This document shows, piece after piece, positions 44,471-48,722 of a DNA stretch of 48,722 nt. The DNA is from Candidatus Rokuibacteriota bacterium. GTDB taxonomy: Bacteria; Methylomirabilota; Methylomirabilia; Rokubacteriales; DASRDR01. The translations under genes were made by a program, and so were the position numbers. The DNA lies in contig JBIOTN010000053.1 of assembly GCA_044866005.1 (NCBI GenBank), positions 1 to 48,722 of the forward strand. The letters are read 5' to 3'. A model generated the notes under the pieces. That model made no database searches. It was not told the origin of the DNA and saw only the letters and a program-made list of their open reading frames with translations. The stretch's first letter is position 1, and every line of letters starts with the position of its first letter.

Positions 44471-45232
44471 GTGCGCCTGCAGGGCAAGGTCGCCATCGTC
44501 ACCGGCGGCGGGCACGGAATCGGCGCCGCGTACTGCGAAGGCCTGGCCAAGGAAGGCGCCGCGGTGGCGGTCGCCGAGCTGGACGCCGCCGCCGCGCGCG
44601 CCGTGGCCGCCGCGCTCGAGAAGGCCGGCCACCGGGCGCTCGCCGTGCCCACCGACGTCTCCGACGAGGCCGGCACGAAGGCCATGGCGAGCCGGGTGCT
44701 GGAGGCCTTCGGGCGGATCGACGTGCTGGTCAACAACGCGGCGGTCTTCAGCACGATCCCCATCACCCGCGCCCGCATCGACGAGCTCAGCCCGGAGGAG
44801 TGGGATCGCGTGATGCTGGTCAACCTCAAGGGCGTCTTCTTCTGCTGCCGCGCCGTGCTGCCGGCCATGCGGCGGCAGGGCAGCGGATCGATCATCAACA
44901 TCGGGAGCGGCACGGTCTTCGCCGGGCCGCCGACGCGCATCCACTACATCACCTCGAAGGCGGGCATCCTGGGCTTCACCCGGTGCCTGGCCCGCGAGGA
45001 GGGGCCGAACGGCATCCGCGTCAACACGATCGCGCCCGGCAGCACGCTCAGCGAAGCGAATCCGCCCCCCGAGCTCCTGGCCATGCGCGAGGACCGGATC
45101 GGCGCCCGGGCGCTCAAGCGCGTGCAGTACCCCGCGGACCTGGTCGGGGTCGCGGTCTTCCTGGCGTCGGACGAGAGCGGGTTCATGACCGGGCAGACCC
45201 TGGTCGTGGACGGCGGCGCGGTCATGATCTGA
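44471..45232 (+). CDS. short-chain dehydrogenase/reductase (SDR)
   Basis: GGAGG before GTG 44471. Motifs TGGGHGIG, NNAA, YxxxK (YITSK), IRVN.IAPG and TGQTL.VDGG. Confidence 0.94.
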   Translation: MRLQGKVAIVTGGGHGIGAAYCEGLAKEGAAVAVAELDAAAARAVAAALEKAGHRALAVPTDVSDEAGTKAMASRVLEAFGRIDVLVNNAAVFSTIPITRARIDELSPEEWDRVMLVNLKGVFFCCRAVLPAMRRQGSGSIINIGSGTVFAGPPTRIHYITSKAGILGFTRCLAREEGPNGIRVNTIAPGSTLSEANPPPELLAMREDRIGARALKRVQYPADLVGVAVFLASDESGFMTGQTLVVDGGAVMI

Positions 45233-45253
45233 GGCGCGGGGGGAGGACGCACC

Positions 45254-46285
45254 ATGCATCGTCCGGTGATCGATGCCGATGGCCACGTCGTGGAGCGGGA
45301 CGAGCAGCTCTTCAAGTACCTGGAGGCGCCGTTCCGCGGCCGGGACGATCTCCTGACGGTCCCGTTCTTCCCATCCCTGGACGGCTGGCATCGCGCGGCC
45401 CGGCGCGTGGCCGACGGCAAGGGCCGCGCCATGTCGGCCCCTCAGGCCACGGAGTGGTTGGCGTTCCTGGACCGCGCCGGGATCGCGATGAGCGTCCTCT
45501 ACCCCACCAACGGCCTGGCCTACGGCCTGGTCAGGGACCGCGAATGGGCCGTGGCCCTCGCGCGCGCCTACAACGGCTTCCTCGCCACCGAGTTCCTCGC
45601 GATCGCGCCGGATCGCCTGAAGGGCATGGCCTTGATCCCGCTCCAGGACGTCCCCCGGGCGGTGACGGAGCTCCGGCGCGCCGTCGAGGAGCTCGGGATG
45701 GTCGGCGCGGTCCTGCCGGCCGTCGGCTTGCGGGTCCCGTTCGGCGACCGCGCCTACGACCCCGTCTACCAGGAGGCCGAGCGGCTCGGCTGCATGCTGG
45801 CCGTGCACGGCGCGCCCGCGCAGGGGCTCGGCTTCGACTTCTTCGATCGGCTGGTGGAGGCCCGGGCGCTCTCCCACCCCTTCGCTCAGATGATCCAGAT
45901 CACGAGCATCGTGATGAACGGCGTCCTCGACCGCTTCCCGCGCCTCCGGCTGGCCTTCATGGAGGCCGGCGCGGGCTGGATCCCGTTCATGATGGAGCGG
46001 CTGGACGGCGAGTTCCGGAACCGGGGCGCCGGCCTCCGGCTGCCGCCGAGCGAGTATTTCCGTTCCGGGCAGCTCTTCTTCCACTGCGAGCTGGGGGAGG
46101 CGACGCTCCCCGCCGCCGTCGCCGCGGTCGGCGAGGAGCGCTTCTTCGCGGCGTCGGACTTTCCCCACGAGCCGGCCCACGAGTTCCCGGAGGCCATCGA
46201 GGCCTTCTGGAAGCGCCCCGATCTCGCCGAATCGGCCAAGACCAGGATCCTCTGCGACAACGCGCGCCGCCTTTACGGCGTATGA
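45254..46285 (+). CDS. amidohydrolase_2 family protein
   Basis: GGAGG RBS. Motifs IDADGH, ARAYN, LAVHG, GVLDRFPRL...EAG.GW and ASDFPHE. Confidence 0.9.
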   Translation: MHRPVIDADGHVVERDEQLFKYLEAPFRGRDDLLTVPFFPSLDGWHRAARRVADGKGRAMSAPQATEWLAFLDRAGIAMSVLYPTNGLAYGLVRDREWAVALARAYNGFLATEFLAIAPDRLKGMALIPLQDVPRAVTELRRAVEELGMVGAVLPAVGLRVPFGDRAYDPVYQEAERLGCMLAVHGAPAQGLGFDFFDRLVEARALSHPFAQMIQITSIVMNGVLDRFPRLRLAFMEAGAGWIPFMMERLDGEFRNRGAGLRLPPSEYFRSGQLFFHCELGEATLPAAVAAVGEERFFAASDFPHEPAHEFPEAIEAFWKRPDLAESAKTRILCDNARRLYGV

Positions 46286-46348
46286 CGGCAGCCGCGACGG
46301 CTCGTCGACGCCCGACGCGCGCGGCGCCCGATGCCGCTCCACCCACCG

Positions 46349-46357
46349 TGCTAGACT
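46349..46357 (+). promoter_or_regulatory. extended -10 element upstream of apgM
   Basis: TG-C-TAGACT about 50 nt before ATG 46410; no clear -35. Confidence 0.4.
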
Positions 46358-46409
46358 CGACACAGGCGCCGGCACCTCCGACGCGCACCCCGCAGGAGGC
46401 ACACACGGC

Positions 46410-47612
46410 ATGGACCTGGACCTGATCCGGAGCCTCGCCATCCCGGGGACGACCAAGATCGTCCTCCTCTCCGGGGACGGGCTCGGCGGGTTCCCGCACC
46501 CCGAGACGGGCCGCTCGGAGCTCGAGACCGCGCGCCTCCCGCACCTCGACGCCCTGGCGCGCCGCGCGTCCTGCGGTCTCGTCCGCCACGTGGGGCCGGG
46601 AATCACGCCGGGGAGCGGCCCGGGGCATCTCGGGCTCTTCGGCTACGACACCCTGCGCTACCAGGTCGGGCGCGGCGTCCTGGAGGCGCTGGGGATCGAG
46701 TTCGAGCTGCGGCCCGGGGACGTCGCGGCCCGCGGCAACTTCTGCACCGTGGACGGCGAGGGCCGGATCACGGACCGCCGCGCGGGCCGCATCCCCACCG
46801 CGCGCTGCGTCGAGCTCGTGGACCGGCTGCGCCGCATCCGGCTGCCGGACGTCCAGACGTTCGTCGAGCCGGTCAAGGATTACCGCTTCGTCCTCGTCCT
46901 GCGCGGGGCCGAGCTCTCCGGCCGTCTGTCCGAGACCGACCCGCAGGCCACCGGGACCCCGCCGCTGCCGGTCGAGGCCCTGGCCCCGGAGGCGGACCGG
47001 ACGGCCGCGCTCGTCAACCAGTTCATCGCGCAGGCGCGCCGGCTGCTCGGAGACGCCGGGCCGGCGAACATGATCCTGCTCCGGGGCTTCGACCGGTTGC
47101 CGGCCTTCCCGCGCTTTCCCGAGCTGTTCGGGCTCCGCGCGGCCGCGATCGCGGCGTACCCGATGTATCGCGGCCTGGCGCGCCTGGTCGGCATGGACGT
47201 CCTCAAGACCGGGACCACGTTCGCCGAGGAGGTCGCCACGCTCGCCAGCCACTGGGACGCGTACGACTTCTTCTTCCTCCATTACAAGGACACCGACATG
47301 GCCGGCGAGGACGGCGACTTCGCCGGGAAGGTCGCGGCGCTCGAGCGGCTCGACGGCCAGATCCCCGCCATCGAGGCGCTCCGGCCCGACGTCCTGGTGG
47401 TCACGGGGGATCACGCCACGCCGGCCGTGCTGAGGGGGCACTCCTGGCATCCCGTCCCGGTGGTCCTCGCCGGCCGGTATGCCGCGGCCGACGCGGTCGA
47501 ACGCTTCGCCGAGCGCTCCTGCGCCGCCAGCAGCCTCGGCACGCTCCCCGCCCACCACCTGATGCCCCTCGTCATGGCGACGGCGCAGCGCTTCACGAAG
47601 TTCGGCGCGTAA
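46410..47612 (+). CDS. apgM: 2,3-bisphosphoglycerate-independent phosphoglycerate mutase, archaeal type
   Basis: AGGAGG RBS. Motifs DGLGG, PGSGPGHL.LFGYD, GRGVLEALG, DRRAGRI, H.K.TD..GEDG, TGDHATP and HSWHPVP. Confidence 0.9.
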   Translation: MDLDLIRSLAIPGTTKIVLLSGDGLGGFPHPETGRSELETARLPHLDALARRASCGLVRHVGPGITPGSGPGHLGLFGYDTLRYQVGRGVLEALGIEFELRPGDVAARGNFCTVDGEGRITDRRAGRIPTARCVELVDRLRRIRLPDVQTFVEPVKDYRFVLVLRGAELSGRLSETDPQATGTPPLPVEALAPEADRTAALVNQFIAQARRLLGDAGPANMILLRGFDRLPAFPRFPELFGLRAAAIAAYPMYRGLARLVGMDVLKTGTTFAEEVATLASHWDAYDFFFLHYKDTDMAGEDGDFAGKVAALERLDGQIPAIEALRPDVLVVTGDHATPAVLRGHSWHPVPVVLAGRYAAADAVERFAERSCAASSLGTLPAHHLMPLVMATAQRFTKFGA

Positions 47613-47615
47613 GCT

Positions 47616-47638
47616 TCGGGGGGTCTCGGCCCCCCCGA
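47616..47638 (+). terminator. hairpin after apgM (terminator or REP-like element)
   Basis: TCGGGGGG-N7-CCCCCCGA directly after the stop codon; no U-tract. Confidence 0.4.
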
Positions 47639-47723
47639 TGCCCCCCCGCTAAGCGGAGGCAAGAGAGAATGGGCCATCGGCCCGTGACGGCTCGCAGGAC
47701 GCCCTAGAGGCCGGCGCCGACCC

Positions 47724-48554
47724 GTGCGGATCGTGCTGTTCGACGATTGGCGGCTCGGGCTGCTGGAAGATGGGCTCGTCTTCGACGTGACCGGCGCGCT
47801 CGACGGGCGGGAGGCGACGCCGCTCTTCATGCAGGGGGTCGCCGCCGACTTCGACCGCCTGGCGCCGCGGCTGCGCGCCGCTGCGGGGCGAGCCCGCGGG
47901 CGCCCCCTGGGCGAGCTTCGCCTGCGGCCGCCGCTCCCCCACCCGTCCAAGATCCTGGCCGCCAAGGCCAACTACCGCCGCCACGCTCAGGAGATGGCCG
48001 CGCGACGCGGCGGCCCGCCCGCCGAGCCCGATTTCTTCCTCAAGGCGCCCTCCGCCGTCACCGGACCGGGGGAGACCGTGAGGCTCCCGCCGGGCGACGG
48101 GGTCACGGAGCACGAAGCCGAGCTGGCCGTGGTCATGAAGGGCCCGGTCCGGGGGATCCATGCGGACGCCGCCCTCGACGCGGTCCTCGGCTATACCGGC
48201 CTGATCGACGTGAGCCTGCGGAGCGGGGACGGCGACCTCTCCCGGAAGAAGTCCTACGACACGTTCGCCCCCCTGGGGCCCTGCCTGGTGACCGCCGACG
48301 AGGTGCCCGACCCGCATCGCCTCGGGATCCGCCTCTGGGTCAACGGCGAGCTTCGCCAGGACGGGACGACCGCCGACCTCGTGCTCTCCGTCCCGCAGCT
48401 CGTCGAGCTGGCGGCCTCGGTCATGACGCTCTACCCGGGGGACATCATCGCCACGGGGACCCCCGAGGGCGTCGGCGTGCTCCGGGACGGCGACCGCGTG
48501 GCGATGGAGATCGACCGGATCGGGCGGCTCGAGGTCATGGTCAAGCAGGGATGA
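47724..48554 (+). CDS. fumarylacetoacetate hydrolase family protein
   Basis: PSKI....NY..H, FLKAPS, EHEAELAVV, DVS.R, K.YDTF.PLGP and PGDIIATGTPEGVG motifs. Confidence 0.93.
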   Translation: MRIVLFDDWRLGLLEDGLVFDVTGALDGREATPLFMQGVAADFDRLAPRLRAAAGRARGRPLGELRLRPPLPHPSKILAAKANYRRHAQEMAARRGGPPAEPDFFLKAPSAVTGPGETVRLPPGDGVTEHEAELAVVMKGPVRGIHADAALDAVLGYTGLIDVSLRSGDGDLSRKKSYDTFAPLGPCLVTADEVPDPHRLGIRLWVNGELRQDGTTADLVLSVPQLVELAASVMTLYPGDIIATGTPEGVGVLRDGDRVAMEIDRIGRLEVMVKQG

Positions 48555-48722
48555 CCGCGAGCCTGCCGGAACCAGGGGCGCCGCTCGCCCGCGCCGGCGC
48601 GCCGGCGGCGGCCCTCGAACCGCTGATGCGTCGCACCATCGACAACGGCTTCGATCTCACCGGGCCGATTCAGCGCGGCGACACCGCGACCGTCGACGCG
48701 CATGTCGCGGCGCTGACCACGG
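48551..48722 (+). pseudogene. 5'-truncated DUF2520-like fragment running off the window end
   Basis: The frame from ATG 48551 reads ...AGAPAAALEPLMRRTIDNGFDLTGPIQRGDTATVDAHVAAL, the LTGPxxRGD..TV..H motif of the C-terminal DUF2520 domain. The N-terminal Rossmann part is absent. Confidence 0.55.

Noticed and set aside
46410..47612. apgM as part of the upstream CoA-catabolic operon
   Set aside because: It is separated by about 125 nt containing its own extended -10 and is followed by a hairpin. Archaeal-type iPGM is known in many bacteria.
1..48722. CRISPR array, tRNA/rRNA, riboswitch, IS/integrase, prophage or defence system
   Set aside because: No regularly spaced repeats, RNA-gene signatures or such protein motifs were visible by eye. 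An Rfam scan of 1576-2309, 4065-4336 and 8570-8698 would be needed to exclude structured RNAs.

Overview
A very GC-rich (roughly 70% or more by eye), gene-dense segment from a diderm bacterium (it encodes an outer-membrane porin). The gene style resembles Ca. Rokubacteria/Methylomirabilota or Binatia-type metagenome bins, which is inference only. Almost all of it is small-molecule uptake and catabolism, probably of (hetero)aromatic acids. It holds three UbiD-family decarboxylases (no UbiX in the window), three amidohydrolase_2 enzymes, a ThDP enzyme, two tandem ornithine-cyclodeaminase/mu-crystallin paralogs, a xanthine-dehydrogenase-family Mo hydroxylase (L-S-M-CoxG), and a TetR-led CoA operon with a stand-alone PaaA/BoxB-type di-iron protein, two crotonases and EtfBA. 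Transport genes are eight solute-binding proteins with only one ABC ATPase, two MFS carriers and a DcaP-like porin. There is also a secreted GH12-malectin-CBM protein, an archaeal-type phosphoglycerate mutase and an FAH-family enzyme. The most notable observations are: (1) an archaeal-type CTP-dependent riboflavin kinase fused in frame to the Mo-hydroxylase large subunit, in an operon with a UbiD; (2) a minimal di-iron aryl-CoA oxygenase homolog with ETF but none of its known partners; (3) an uncalled 49-aa zinc-ribbon gene behind a UbiD; (4) a duplicated 57-bp element forming an 18-aa ORF with ATGA overlaps at both ends; (5) an apparently circularly permuted CBM. I saw no rRNA, tRNA, CRISPR array or mobile element. 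All family calls come from motif recognition by eye, no database search was run, and no substrate can be assigned from the sequence alone.
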